From assembly GCA_046757025.1 (NCBI GenBank), contig JBHHXN010000002.1:32001-96000 (forward strand): DNA of 64,000 nucleotides. The letters run 5' to 3'. A program made the translations under genes and the position numbers. This stretch comes from a bacterium. GTDB taxonomy: Bacteria > Zhuqueibacterota > Zhuqueibacteria > Oceanimicrobiales > Oceanimicrobiaceae. Within the stretch, counting starts at the first letter, position 1. The number at the start of each line of letters is the position of its first letter. Under the pieces are notes generated by a model. It did not search any database, had not been told where the DNA came from, and saw only the letters and a program-made list of their open reading frames with translations. Shown here in pieces: positions 54,352 to 64,000 of the stretch.

Positions 54352-55638
54352 GTGTATTTCAAAAAAACGATTCTTTTCATCATTAGCAGCGTTATTTTTT
54401 GCAACACTCTTTTTTCACAGGAAGTGTTGGACAAAATCATTGCGATCGTTGGGGATAATATCATTCTCCAATCAGAACTATTTCAATATTCCTATACACT
54501 GGCCATGCGAATGGGCATCGACCCTCAGAGCGAAGTTGATAAAATGGAAAGTTTACGCAAAGAGACCTTAAAGAATTTAATTGTACAAAAGGTCTTGTTG
54601 GTCAAAGCCAAGGAAGATAGCATCCTGGTCAGCGATAAACAAGTTGATATGTTGCTTGAAGACCAGATAAAACAAATGATTCAACAGGCCGGTTCCGAAG
54701 AACAAGTGGAAAAATATTTTGGCATGACTGTTAGACAAATCAGACGCGAATTCAGAAAAGAAGTAGAGGAACGATTATTGGTCGACAGGATCAAAGCTAA
54801 AAAAGATCAGGATGTGCACATTTCCAGAAGAGAGGTAGAGGCCTTTTACAAGGCCCATCGCGACAGTCTTCCAGAGCTAAAAGAGTCTGTCAAGATTCGC
54901 CACATTCTCATTCCCATCGAAGCCAGTCAATCTGCTGAAACGGCCGCTCGAGAAAAAATCGAAGCTATTCTGGAGAGATTAAAAAAGGGAGAGGACTTTC
55001 AGGAGCTGGCGCGACAGTTTTCTGAGGACCCCGGCTCGGCCGATAAAGGCGGAAATTTAGGCGTTATGGAACGTGGAGACCTGGTGAAAGAGTTTGAAGA
55101 AGTGGCTTTCGCTTTGGAGCCGGGCCAGATTTCAGATATTGTTAAAACGCGCTTTGGATTCCATATTATTCAATTGATCAAAAAAACGGGTGAAAAGATA
55201 AATCCGCGACACATCTTGATTAGATTGGACACCTCGCCCGATGATGAAAGCGCCACCGTAAGTAGATTAAATAAAATTCGAGATCAGATTTTAGCCGGCG
55301 AGATCACTTTTTCTGAAGCTGCAAAACAGTATTCGAAAGATGAACCAACCGCCTCCCGCGGGGGCGATTTGGGGTGGTTCCAGATCGATCAATTTCAGAT
55401 TGAAACGTTCAAAAAGGCCATCGTCGGATTGAAAAAGGGAGACATCTCTCAACCTGTCAAAACCAAATTTGGATATCATTTAATTTGGGTCGAAGATCGA
55501 AAACCCGCTCGGCGTCTTGATATTAAGGAAGATTGGGAGCAAATTGAATCCTGGGCTTTGAATATGAAAAGACAAAGAGAATTTCAAAAGTGGGTTGAGG
55601 ATATTAAAAAGGATATCTATATCGAAATCAAGATTTAG
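54352..55638 (+). CDS. surA: SurA-like periplasmic chaperone with two parvulin domains
   Basis: 'DKIIAIVG..IIL.SE' SurA N-domain; two 'RHILI...S.D..S...GG.LG...T.FG.H' rotamase domains. Confidence 0.82.
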   Translation: MYFKKTILFIISSVIFCNTLFSQEVLDKIIAIVGDNIILQSELFQYSYTLAMRMGIDPQSEVDKMESLRKETLKNLIVQKVLLVKAKEDSILVSDKQVDMLLEDQIKQMIQQAGSEEQVEKYFGMTVRQIRREFRKEVEERLLVDRIKAKKDQDVHISRREVEAFYKAHRDSLPELKESVKIRHILIPIEASQSAETAAREKIEAILERLKKGEDFQELARQFSEDPGSADKGGNLGVMERGDLVKEFEEVAFALEPGQISDIVKTRFGFHIIQLIKKTGEKINPRHILIRLDTSPDDESATVSRLNKIRDQILAGEITFSEAAKQYSKDEPTASRGGDLGWFQIDQFQIETFKKAIVGLKKGDISQPVKTKFGYHLIWVEDRKPARRLDIKEDWEQIESWALNMKRQREFQKWVEDIKKDIYIEIKI

Positions 55639-55716
55639 CGTACGTCGTTTCCTCAATTTAATTAAAAGACCTGCTAAAAGAATCGAAAATCTGCAAACGA
55701 ATTTATAAAGGCAAAG

Positions 55717-56226
55717 ATGATTATTTTAGAAATCCTGGGTTATATTTTGTTTTGGTTCATCATGATTGCGGGCATCATCATTATTCCGTTTGGAATACCT
55801 GGTACGTTTCTTATCGTGGCCAATGTGTTTGTGTTCGGCTGGCTCACGGATTTTACAGAAATAACCGGCGGGTTTATCGGGATTCTATTGACGATAGCCA
55901 TCGCTGTTGAAATTATCGAATTTTTACTGGGCGCAGCCACGGCCGGAAAATTTGGCGCTTCACGCAAGGGCATGTTTGGCGCCATTCTTGGGGGCTTTCT
56001 TGGCGCCATCTGGGCGACGCCATTGCTGCCATTGATTGGGACTTTAATCGGTGCTTTTGTGGGTGCTTTCGCTGGCGCCGCGCTGTTAGAATATCTTGGC
56101 TCATCTGATCTGAAAAAATCTCTGCGTGCAGGATTTGGTGCCTTCCTGGGTGCCGTGGGAGGTAAATTTACCAAAATTGCTGCCGCTGTGGCCATGGCGG
56201 TCATGGTGGGTTTTAGACTAATTTGA
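55717..56226 (+). CDS. DUF456 (YqgC-like) membrane protein
   Basis: 'P..IPG', 'KFGASR.G..GA..G', Gly-rich TM helices. Confidence 0.8.
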   Translation: MIILEILGYILFWFIMIAGIIIIPFGIPGTFLIVANVFVFGWLTDFTEITGGFIGILLTIAIAVEIIEFLLGAATAGKFGASRKGMFGAILGGFLGAIWATPLLPLIGTLIGAFVGAFAGAALLEYLGSSDLKKSLRAGFGAFLGAVGGKFTKIAAAVAMAVMVGFRLI

Positions 56227-56909
56227 AGTTTTTTATGCGAATTGTTGTTCTATTTATTTTAACGATTAATTTTATCGTCGTCTCAAATATATCGGCGCAG
56301 TTAAAAACCCCACAGAGCGGGTTTGTACTGGCCAGATTAAAATATCACGGCGGCGGCGACTGGTATAATGACCCGTCTATAATTCCGAACCTTTTGAATT
56401 TTATGTCCCAAAATACCAACATCAAAGTTGGTGAAAAAGAACAAACCGTTGAAATCGTGAACGAAGATCTTTTTTCGTTTCCAATCATATTTATGACCGG
56501 GCACGGCCGAATTTCTTTTTCAAAAGAGGAGGCGGCCAGACTGCGATTATATTTAACATCTGGTGGATTTCTATTTGCGGATGATGATTATGGTATGGAT
56601 AAATCTTTTCGCGAAGAAATCAAAAAAGTCTTTCCCGAGCAGCCACTGGTAGAAATTCCCTTTTCACATCCCATCTACCATTGTCATTTTGAATTTCCGA
56701 ACGGTCTTCCAAAAACGCATGAACATGATGGGGGCCCTCCAAAGGGATATGGCATTTTTTATGATGGCAGGTTGGTGGTATTTTATGTTTTCAACAGCAA
56801 CATTTCAGACGGTTGGGCCGACCCCCAGGTACACGGCGACCCTCCGGAAGTGCGGCAAAGGGCGCTGGAAATGGGCACCAACATCGTGGTTTATGCTTTA
56901 ACAAATTGA
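56223..56909 (+). CDS. DUF4159 domain protein, secreted
   Basis: 'RLKY.GGGDWY', 'MTGHG', 'YL..GGFL.ADD.YG', 'GLPK.HEHDG', 'GW.D..VH.DP', 'MG.NI'. Confidence 0.85.
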   Translation: MKFFMRIVVLFILTINFIVVSNISAQLKTPQSGFVLARLKYHGGGDWYNDPSIIPNLLNFMSQNTNIKVGEKEQTVEIVNEDLFSFPIIFMTGHGRISFSKEEAARLRLYLTSGGFLFADDDYGMDKSFREEIKKVFPEQPLVEIPFSHPIYHCHFEFPNGLPKTHEHDGGPPKGYGIFYDGRLVVFYVFNSNISDGWADPQVHGDPPEVRQRALEMGTNIVVYALTN

Positions 56910-56916
56910 GGTTCAA

Positions 56917-59900
56917 ATGGATGTTCACGATCACTATTTTAATAAACTCCTTAAAAAACTAAGCACGCTTCGCAGCAGATTAAAAAAAACAATCTTAGTT
57001 GAAAATGCGCTGCATTTTGGGGTATTAATGCTGATCACTGTTGTGATTGCTTTGCTGCTGGAATCGATTTTTTACTTTGAGCCCGGGACACGAATTTTAC
57101 TACTCTCGATCTCCGGTTTCATTTTGGTTGGTGGATTCAGTTATCTTGTATTGCGCCCTCTCTATTCGCTTTTTTTTCAAAAAAAGTCTCCGGATGATAT
57201 CACCCTGGCCTTGAAAGTTGGCGACCGTTTCCACCAGGTTCGAGATAAACTGGCGGATGCCTTACAAGTTTTTAAAAAGCACGAAAGCAACCCGGAGAGA
57301 TATTCCCTGGAATTGGTGGATGCTTCGTTAGCCATCACGTTCGAGGAAATCAAGCATTTTGATTTTGAGACCGTGGTCGAAAAGGCCGGCATAAAAAAAG
57401 CATTAAAAATTGGATTCATCAGCTTACTACTTACCGCTGGGATATTTATACTCTTTCCATCGGGTTTGTTCAACGCGTCTTTTCGATTATTTCACCCCAC
57501 CCAGTCGTTTGCAAAAAATACCGGCCTGGATTTCGAGGTGGCGCCGGGCAATCTTGAAGTCGTCAAAGGAGAAAGCGTTGAAATACAGGCGCGCATTTCA
57601 GGGGCGGAAATTTCACAATTGAATTTGGTGTTTAAAAAAGCGAATTCGAAAGATTTTGAGCGCAAAGAGTTGCGGGCTGTGGTTTTAAATCAATTCAAAT
57701 ATACGCTTGAAAATTTGACGGATGATGTTGAGTATTACGTAGAGGTTGAAAACAAGCAGAGTCAACATTATTTGCTTTCCGTGGTAGAGTTGCCTTTTGT
57801 ACGTAATCTACAGGTGAAATTAAGATATCCCAAATACACGGGCCTGGGTAGTCAGCTCTTAGATGAAAATGTTGGAGATCTGACCGCCCTGAAAGGTACG
57901 ACTGTGGAGCTGTATTTAAAAACGAATAAAACGGTCAACTCGGCAGAAATCAATTTTGAAGATACAAAGCGTATTCCTTTAACCATAAATGGCCCGGAGA
58001 TCACGGGTCGCTTTGTGCTGAAACGGAGTGGTCATTATCACTTTAGCCTAATCGATAAGAAAGGTCGGCAAAACCTGAATCCCATCGAATACCGAATGGA
58101 AATTACAGAAGATCAATTTCCGCTGGTGCAAATTACTTTTCCAGGTCAGGATGTGGATCTCGGGGAGGATATGTTGATACCTTTAACCGTTGAAGCTCAG
58201 GATGATTTCGGGCTGTCGAAATTGCGGTTGGGTTATAAAATATTAAGCGGCGGCGTTAACGAAAGCCCTCTGCAATACATAGATTTGCCCACCCCCAAAA
58301 AGAGTGAAGACAAGCTGCTGATAAATTACACCTGGCAACTTGCTGAGCTGGAGATCTTTCCGGAAGACGTGATCGCTTATTTTGCTGAAGCATTTGATAA
58401 CGATCGAATCTCGGCGCCCAAAAGCTCCAAAAGTATTACCTACCATGTTCGCTTCCCTTCCATTTACGAAATGTACGACGAAATCGCCCGAGGTCATGAA
58501 GAAACGATCGAGCAGTTGGATGAGATGTATGATAAGAGCGAATCTTTGAAAGAAGATTTGAAACAAATTGTCCAGGAAATGAAAAAAGAGCCGGAGCTAA
58601 ATTGGGAGGAGAAACAGAAAGTTCAAGAAGCGGTGCAATCTCAGGAAAAAATGCAGCAGGAGCTGCAAGACATTCAGGAAAGATTAGACGAGATGGTCAA
58701 CCGCATGGAGCAGAATGATCTGCTTTCGATGGAAACCCTGCAAAAATACCAGGAGCTGCAAAAGCTCATGGAAGAAATGTTGACCCCGGAATTGCAGGAG
58801 GCGCTCAGGGAATTACAAAAATCTTTTGATGAAGTGGATCCGCAAAAACTCAAAGAGGCCATGGAAAAATTTGCGGCTTCGCAAGAGGATTTTTTGAAAA
58901 GCATCGAGCGTACCATGAATTTGTTAAAAAAGCTGCAAATAGAACAAAAACTCGATGAAGCGATTCGCAAAGCTCAGGATTTGCTCAAAAGACAGGAAGA
59001 ACTAAATAAACAAGCCACGGATTCGCCACAAAAACAAAACAGCAGCAAGTATGCTCAGGAACAAAAAGGCCTCCGGAAAGATACCGGCAATCTCTCGGAA
59101 AATTTGGAAGAATTAAAAAAGCGCATGAGTGAGTTTCCCGGCATGCCAGAAAAGCGCATCGATGCGGCGCTAAATGAAATTAACAAGAACGGTTTGAAAT
59201 CTCAAATGCAGCAAGCCACGAATCAATTTCAACAAGGCGATTTTGATGGCGCTCAAAAAACCGGACAACAAATTTCACAAAATCTGCAAGAACTGTTAGA
59301 AACGCTGCAAACGGCGCAGCAGGAACTATCGGACCAGCAAAAGCAAGAAGTCGTGCGGGCTCTCAGTCAATCCACTTTTGATTTGCTGAATCTTTCCAAG
59401 CAGCAGGAAAACCTGATGAATTCTACACAGGGAATGGACCGCAATTCTCCCGGCATGAATGAAACGGCCGACCAGCAGCAAGACTTGCTATCGGGTCTCG
59501 CCAGAACCACCAATCAACTTTATGAGCTCTCACAAAAGACGTTTTTTGTGACGCCTGAAATTGGCAAGGCGCTGGGTAAATCCATGAGCGGTATGCGGCA
59601 GTCGTTACAATCTTTAGAAGCCAGAAAAAGCGGCACCTCTCTTCAGGGTCAGGGCGAAGCCATGGCGGGTTTGAACGAAGCGGTATCGCAATTGCGCAAT
59701 TCCATGAAAAAGTTGAACGGCGCGTCTTCGGCTATCGGTTTTCAAGAAATGATGCAGCGGCTCACTGGGATGTCTGAGCAACAACAGGGAATAAATCAGC
59801 GAACTTCGGAGATGGGACAGAAACCTGGTATGAGTATGGAGCAGCAAGCTGCCATGTCAAGATTAGCTGCGGAACAACGAGCGGTACAAAAATCGCTGGA

Positions 59901-60297
59901 ACAGCTCCTGAAAGAAGTTGGCAATCGCGGGGAGCTGCTCGGTGATTTGAACAAAGTGAGCGAAGACATGGAAAAAGTGGTTCAGGAATTGCAAAAACAA
60001 AATGTCAACCGCTCTACCCTCGATCGACAAAAACGAATCCTGTCGAGATTACTCGACGCGCAACGTTCCATGCATAACAGGGATTACAGCAAAAAGCGAA
60101 GAGCTGAGACCGGCAAAGAATACCGTCCGTTAAGCCCGGAGGCATTGCCGGCAACGGTTCTTTCCAAAAAAGATCGATTGCGGGATGAATTGCTAAAAGC
60201 TATGAAAGAAGGCTACTCAAAGGATTTTAAAGAATTGATACGAAAATATTTTGAGGCGCTAAATCGCGAACAGATAGAGGAGTCGTTAAACAATTAA
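56917..60297 (+). CDS. Large membrane-anchored Ig-like + Gln/Glu-rich coiled-coil protein (DUF4175-like)
   Basis: Three N-terminal TMs, beta-rich middle ('DDFGL', 'AFDND'), long Q/E/L heptad region, C-terminal 'LIRKYF..L'. Confidence 0.75.
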   Translation: MDVHDHYFNKLLKKLSTLRSRLKKTILVENALHFGVLMLITVVIALLLESIFYFEPGTRILLLSISGFILVGGFSYLVLRPLYSLFFQKKSPDDITLALKVGDRFHQVRDKLADALQVFKKHESNPERYSLELVDASLAITFEEIKHFDFETVVEKAGIKKALKIGFISLLLTAGIFILFPSGLFNASFRLFHPTQSFAKNTGLDFEVAPGNLEVVKGESVEIQARISGAEISQLNLVFKKANSKDFERKELRAVVLNQFKYTLENLTDDVEYYVEVENKQSQHYLLSVVELPFVRNLQVKLRYPKYTGLGSQLLDENVGDLTALKGTTVELYLKTNKTVNSAEINFEDTKRIPLTINGPEITGRFVLKRSGHYHFSLIDKKGRQNLNPIEYRMEITEDQFPLVQITFPGQDVDLGEDMLIPLTVEAQDDFGLSKLRLGYKILSGGVNESPLQYIDLPTPKKSEDKLLINYTWQLAELEIFPEDVIAYFAEAFDNDRISAPKSSKSITYHVRFPSIYEMYDEIARGHEETIEQLDEMYDKSESLKEDLKQIVQEMKKEPELNWEEKQKVQEAVQSQEKMQQELQDIQERLDEMVNRMEQNDLLSMETLQKYQELQKLMEEMLTPELQEALRELQKSFDEVDPQKLKEAMEKFAASQEDFLKSIERTMNLLKKLQIEQKLDEAIRKAQDLLKRQEELNKQATDSPQKQNSSKYAQEQKGLRKDTGNLSENLEELKKRMSEFPGMPEKRIDAALNEINKNGLKSQMQQATNQFQQGDFDGAQKTGQQISQNLQELLETLQTAQQELSDQQKQEVVRALSQSTFDLLNLSKQQENLMNSTQGMDRNSPGMNETADQQQDLLSGLARTTNQLYELSQKTFFVTPEIGKALGKSMSGMRQSLQSLEARKSGTSLQGQGEAMAGLNEAVSQLRNSMKKLNGASSAIGFQEMMQRLTGMSEQQQGINQRTSEMGQKPGMSMEQQAAMSRLAAEQRAVQKSLEQLLKEVGNRGELLGDLNKVSEDMEKVVQELQKQNVNRSTLDRQKRILSRLLDAQRSMHNRDYSKKRRAETGKEYRPLSPEALPATVLSKKDRLRDELLKAMKEGYSKDFKELIRKYFEALNREQIEESLNN

Positions 60298-60298
60298 T

Positions 60299-62167
60299 AT
60301 GTCTAATCTACCAAAGAAAGTATTTGCTAAATTTTTATGTTTTTTCATTTTCACGTTTTGCGCAGCAAGCATTCCACCGGAAAAGGCCTTCGCGCAATCC
60401 CAAAATCAGAACAGCAGCCGTATTCGCGTGGCCCAGGATTTTGAGCGCCGAGGCGATTTCAGTTCTGCCCTTAAAATATATCGCAGCTTGTTCGAGCTGG
60501 TTCCCCAAAATCAACTTTATTATGAAGGCGTCAAGCGCAATATGATACGCCTTAAATTGTACGATGAATTGATCGATTTGATCCGGTTTCGGATTGGTCT
60601 CAGAAACGATCCCCGATTTCATGCCGACCTCGGCAACGTTTATTACAAAAAAGGCGAGCAGGAGCAAGCATTACAGATTTGGAAGTTGCTGTTGCAAAGG
60701 TATCCAACGAATCGCTCGGTTTATCCGTATGTGGCCAGCGCCATGTTGGCTAACCGCCTTTACGACGAAGCCATCGAGGTTTATAAACAGGCCAGAGAAA
60801 ATTTCCGCAATGAGGATTTATTTGTCTTCGAGTTGGCCAATATTTACGTTTTGCGTTTGAATTACAAAGCTGCCACGCTGGAATATCTGCGGTATTTGGA
60901 AAAAAATCCACAGCAATTTAATTATATTGAAGGCCGGATTGCCAGTTACACGAAAGAGCCCGAACAGGCAAGGGTCGTCGCGGAGATATTAAAAGCGAAC
61001 CTATCTTCTACCAAGCATGAATATTTGTTGCGCAAGCAACTGGCCGATCTTTATTTAAGAATTGAGGATTATGGCAATTCGTTGACCGAATTCAAATTGC
61101 TTGAAAATATTCCCAATCCATTGAACAATCAGAACAAAGCGGTTGGCCAGGAGATCTATTTCTTTGCTGAAAAGGCGCTCAATGCCGGAGAGTATGATTA
61201 TGCCCAGCAAGCCTTTGATTTAATTCTCACTAAATATAGAAACTCGCCGTACCGAATCCGAGCGCTTTTGGGCGTGGCGCTCGCCAAACAAAAACAAGGT
61301 CGTTCTGCCGAAGCCATCGAAAGTTTTCGGGCGCTGATCAAAGCCGCTTCCCGGAATCCATGGGCAGGAGAGGCGCAGTTTCAAATCGCTGAAATATACT
61401 TCGATGATTTTTTTGATCTCGATCGAGCGTTGGCTTCTTATTATGCGTTACTCAAAAAATTCCCCAACGGTCGAAATTCCGTGGATGCCTATTTTAGAAT
61501 AGGAGATTGTTTTACAGCGAAGGGTGATTTACAGACGGCCATAACGTGGTACAAGAAACCCCTGGCTCGCAACGATGTGAAAAACGACATCAAGGATCGC
61601 TCGGTGTACAAAATAGCCTATGTCGATTTTCTGAACGGGCAGTTTGATGAAGCGCTGGAGAAACTCAATAAAATTACCACGAACCTCAGTAACAAACAGG
61701 AGGCCGAACAAAAGTATGTCAACGATGCACTTGAACTGAGCCTTTTGATTGAATCCAATAAAAAAGCCTCACCCGAGGCCCTGTCCGAGTATAGCCGGGC
61801 GCAGAAACTTAAATTTCAAAGAAAAACCGCCGAGGCCATTAAGACCTTACAAACCGTTGTTGCAAATTACCCGCAAGCAGAAATTCTGGATGAGACCCTG
61901 CTTGAGCTGGGAGAACTGGAGAAAATACGAGGCAACTTTCAGGCGGCTATCGATTACTTACAGACTTTGTTAGAAAACCAATCCGCCAGTGTGTATAACG
62001 CGTTAGCCCAGAAGCGTATTGGTGAAATATATGAAGAGCATCTTGGTGATTTTCAGAATGCCGCCAGGGCCTACGAATTGGTACTGATAAATTATCCCCA
62101 CAGTCTTTATCTGGAAGAAGTCCGGCACAGAATCAGAGCCTTGCAAACCCGACAATTGAACAATTGA
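60299..62167 (+). CDS. Secreted multi-TPR protein
   Basis: Signal peptide; repeated TPR units ('A...Y..L...YP'). Confidence 0.85.
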   Translation: MSNLPKKVFAKFLCFFIFTFCAASIPPEKAFAQSQNQNSSRIRVAQDFERRGDFSSALKIYRSLFELVPQNQLYYEGVKRNMIRLKLYDELIDLIRFRIGLRNDPRFHADLGNVYYKKGEQEQALQIWKLLLQRYPTNRSVYPYVASAMLANRLYDEAIEVYKQARENFRNEDLFVFELANIYVLRLNYKAATLEYLRYLEKNPQQFNYIEGRIASYTKEPEQARVVAEILKANLSSTKHEYLLRKQLADLYLRIEDYGNSLTEFKLLENIPNPLNNQNKAVGQEIYFFAEKALNAGEYDYAQQAFDLILTKYRNSPYRIRALLGVALAKQKQGRSAEAIESFRALIKAASRNPWAGEAQFQIAEIYFDDFFDLDRALASYYALLKKFPNGRNSVDAYFRIGDCFTAKGDLQTAITWYKKPLARNDVKNDIKDRSVYKIAYVDFLNGQFDEALEKLNKITTNLSNKQEAEQKYVNDALELSLLIESNKKASPEALSEYSRAQKLKFQRKTAEAIKTLQTVVANYPQAEILDETLLELGELEKIRGNFQAAIDYLQTLLENQSASVYNALAQKRIGEIYEEHLGDFQNAARAYELVLINYPHSLYLEEVRHRIRALQTRQLNN

Positions 62168-62174
62168 GATTAAC

Positions 62175-63449
62175 ATGAAAATTTTTTTTCGATTTCTGAT
62201 TTTTGTCCTGCTTGCAGTGAATCTGTTTCCTTCCGTAAGCCGGGCGCAAAAAATTTTAGTTTATATGGATTTAAAGCAAACGGATCATCTGAAGGCCTAT
62301 GGTGTGGCTTACTGGGCGCTTGAAAGAAACATCAATGTGGAATGGCTGCTAAATTATCGCGGCGGCTCGTTTTTGCTGGATTATTTTCCCGCGGTGGAAC
62401 AGCAACTGCGCTTGCGCGGCGTGGCGTTCTCAAACGTCAGCGGTGTCGAAGCGGCGCAAATTTATGCTGACATCGAACAGAATAACATGGATGTCATCTT
62501 GTTAGAAAAAGCGCCGGAAATTGCCGTTTACACTCCACCCAATAAACAAGTCTGGGATGATGCTGTGACTTTAGCTCTGACTTACGCGGAAATACCTTAT
62601 GAAACTTTGTGGGATGAGGACGTCTTAAACGGAGCTCTGGAAAAATATGATTGGCTTCATCTTCACCACGAAGACTTTTCCGGTCAGTACGGAAAATTTT
62701 ACGCCAACTTTCGAAACGCCCCCTGGTATATCGAGGAGGTCCTCAAAAACGAGAACATGGCCAAAACGTTTGGCTTTTCTAAAGTCTCTGACGAAAAAAA
62801 GGCCGTGGCTAAACTGATCAAGGATTACGTGCTAAAGGGCGGTTTTGTGTTCGCCATGTGCTCCGCCACCGATACCATCGATTTGGCGCTGGCGGCTGAA
62901 AATACCGACATCGTGCCGGCAGTATTTGATGGCGATCCGCCCGCACCCGACTGCCAGTCTTCCTTGGATTATTCCAAAACATTTGCTTTTGAAAATTTCA
63001 TCGTCGAGCTGAACCCGCTCGTTTACGAACATTCGAATATTGACATCCCACCCAGCAACATGCCGCGAGTGAGAAACGCCGAGGCAGACTATTTCACACT
63101 GTTTGAGTTTTCAGCTAAATACGATCCCGTGCCCACCATGTTAACTCAAAACCATGTGTCGGTGGTGAAAGGATTCATGGGACAAACCACGGCTTATAAA
63201 CGCAGCTTGATCAAAAAAAGCGTGACCATTCTCGGCGAAGTGGAAGGCTCCGAAGAAGTGAAGTACATTCACGGCAATCTTGGCCGGGGGACGTTTACTT
63301 TTTACGGTGGCCACGACCCGGAAGATTATCAACATTTTGTTTATGATCCGCCGACTCAGCTTTCCCTCCACAAAAACTCGCCGGGCTATCGTTTGATTTT
63401 AAACAACATCTTATTTCCCGCAGCAAAAAAGAAAAAGAGAAAGACTTGA
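62175..63449 (+). CDS. Conserved secreted FCB-group protein with class I glutamine-amidotransferase-like segment (family often mislabelled 'asparagine synthetase B')
   Basis: Signal peptide; 'Q.DHLKAYG', 'WLLNYRGGSF', 'DWLHLHHEDF.GQYGKF', 'GGF.FAMCSATD', 'GHDPEDYQH', 'SPGYRLILNNILFPAA'. Confidence 0.75.
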   Translation: MKIFFRFLIFVLLAVNLFPSVSRAQKILVYMDLKQTDHLKAYGVAYWALERNINVEWLLNYRGGSFLLDYFPAVEQQLRLRGVAFSNVSGVEAAQIYADIEQNNMDVILLEKAPEIAVYTPPNKQVWDDAVTLALTYAEIPYETLWDEDVLNGALEKYDWLHLHHEDFSGQYGKFYANFRNAPWYIEEVLKNENMAKTFGFSKVSDEKKAVAKLIKDYVLKGGFVFAMCSATDTIDLALAAENTDIVPAVFDGDPPAPDCQSSLDYSKTFAFENFIVELNPLVYEHSNIDIPPSNMPRVRNAEADYFTLFEFSAKYDPVPTMLTQNHVSVVKGFMGQTTAYKRSLIKKSVTILGEVEGSEEVKYIHGNLGRGTFTFYGGHDPEDYQHFVYDPPTQLSLHKNSPGYRLILNNILFPAAKKKKRKT

Positions 63450-63519
63450 GTCATCGCGGACAAAAAATTAGTTAGACTTTATCCTACCGGTTTAAATCGT
63501 TCTTTTCCAGCCTTTTCGC

Positions 63520-63548
63520 TTGACATTTCAGGTATTTTAAATTATTTT
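63520..63548 (+). promoter_or_regulatory. Putative sigma70 promoter for yjbQ-thiL
   Basis: TTGACA-17 bp-TATTTT; RBS GAGG before ATG 63577. Confidence 0.6.
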
Positions 63549-63576
63549 AGCACGGTTAAATGACAGAGGTTTTTCT

Positions 63577-63969
63577 ATGCTTGAAGAAATTACCGTCCGC
63601 ACCCACGAGCGGGTTGCCTTCATTAAGATTACTCAAAATGTAAAGAAAATCGTAAACGACCAGGGAATTCAACAGGGCGTCGTGCATATTTATGTGCCGC
63701 ATACCACGGCAGGTGTAACCATCAACGAGGGCGCCGACCCCGATGTGGTGCGCGACATGATCAAAGAATTCAACAAAATAGTCCCGTTTGAGGATGATTA
63801 TTTGCACAGGGAAGGCAACTCTGCCGCACACATCAAATCGAGTCTGATGGGATCCTCTGCGACTGTGTTTATTCAAAACCGCCAATTGGTTTTAGGTACA
63901 TGGCAGGATATTTTCTTTTGTGAATTTGATGGCCCACGCTCCCGCCGGATAATGGTGCATGTTAGCTGA
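63577..63969 (+). CDS. yjbQ: YjbQ/UPF0047 protein (secondary thiamine-phosphate synthase family)
   Basis: 'HTTAG.TINE..DPDV', 'H.EGNS.AHIKS', 'LGTWQ.IFF.EFDGPR.R'. Confidence 0.92.
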   Translation: MLEEITVRTHERVAFIKITQNVKKIVNDQGIQQGVVHIYVPHTTAGVTINEGADPDVVRDMIKEFNKIVPFEDDYLHREGNSAAHIKSSLMGSSATVFIQNRQLVLGTWQDIFFCEFDGPRSRRIMVHVS

Positions 63970-63972
63970 CCC

Positions 63973-64000
63973 ATGAGCTTAAAAGATCTCGGGGAATTTG
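63973..64000 (+). CDS. thiL: 5' end of probable thiamine-monophosphate kinase, truncated by the window edge
   Basis: ATG 3 bp after the yjbQ stop; MSLKDLGEF matches the typical ThiL N-terminus (L.ELGEF.LI). Only 9 codons are visible. Confidence 0.55.

Noticed and set aside
62175..63449. Annotation as asparagine synthetase B
   Set aside because: Has a signal peptide and lacks the N-terminal Cys Ntn domain and the SGGLDS ATP-pyrophosphatase motif.

Overview
Bacterial chromosomal segment spanning the replication origin. The core is the classic gyrA-gyrB-dciA(DUF721)-recF-dnaN-[oriC]-dnaA <-> rpmH-rnpA-yidD-yidC-mnmE-mnmG-rsmG block. DnaA boxes lie on both sides of dnaA, with a DnaA-trio unwinding motif and two perfect parS palindromes. 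This block is followed by mfd, two parvulin PPIases (one SurA-like), a DUF456/DUF4159/DUF4175-like/TPR/GATase-like cluster, yjbQ and the start of a probable thiL. The left half holds mixed metabolic and envelope genes: an Asp-box beta-propeller protein with a YPNPFN-type C-terminal sorting domain, an FGGY kinase plus a sphingosine-1-phosphate-lyase-like gene, PAS-GGDEF-EAL, pyrF-pyrE-thrB, two tandem GltP-family symporters, an M28 peptidase, TPP-riboswitch-thiC, a sigma54-preceded LysM protein, yyaL, a GlmU-like gene and bioY. The YPNPFN/FlgD-Ig C-terminal domain and gene content suggest an FCB-superphylum organism such as KSB1/Calditrichota; this is inference. No CRISPR array, rRNA, tRNA, transposase or phage gene was seen. 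The best leads are the kinase + S1P-lyase operon, a second DnaA-box cluster about 22 kb from oriC, a 64-bp repeat shared between an intergenic region and the interior of the LysM gene, and a structured leader upstream of a cNMP-binding gene. All family assignments come from motif recognition by eye, not database searches.
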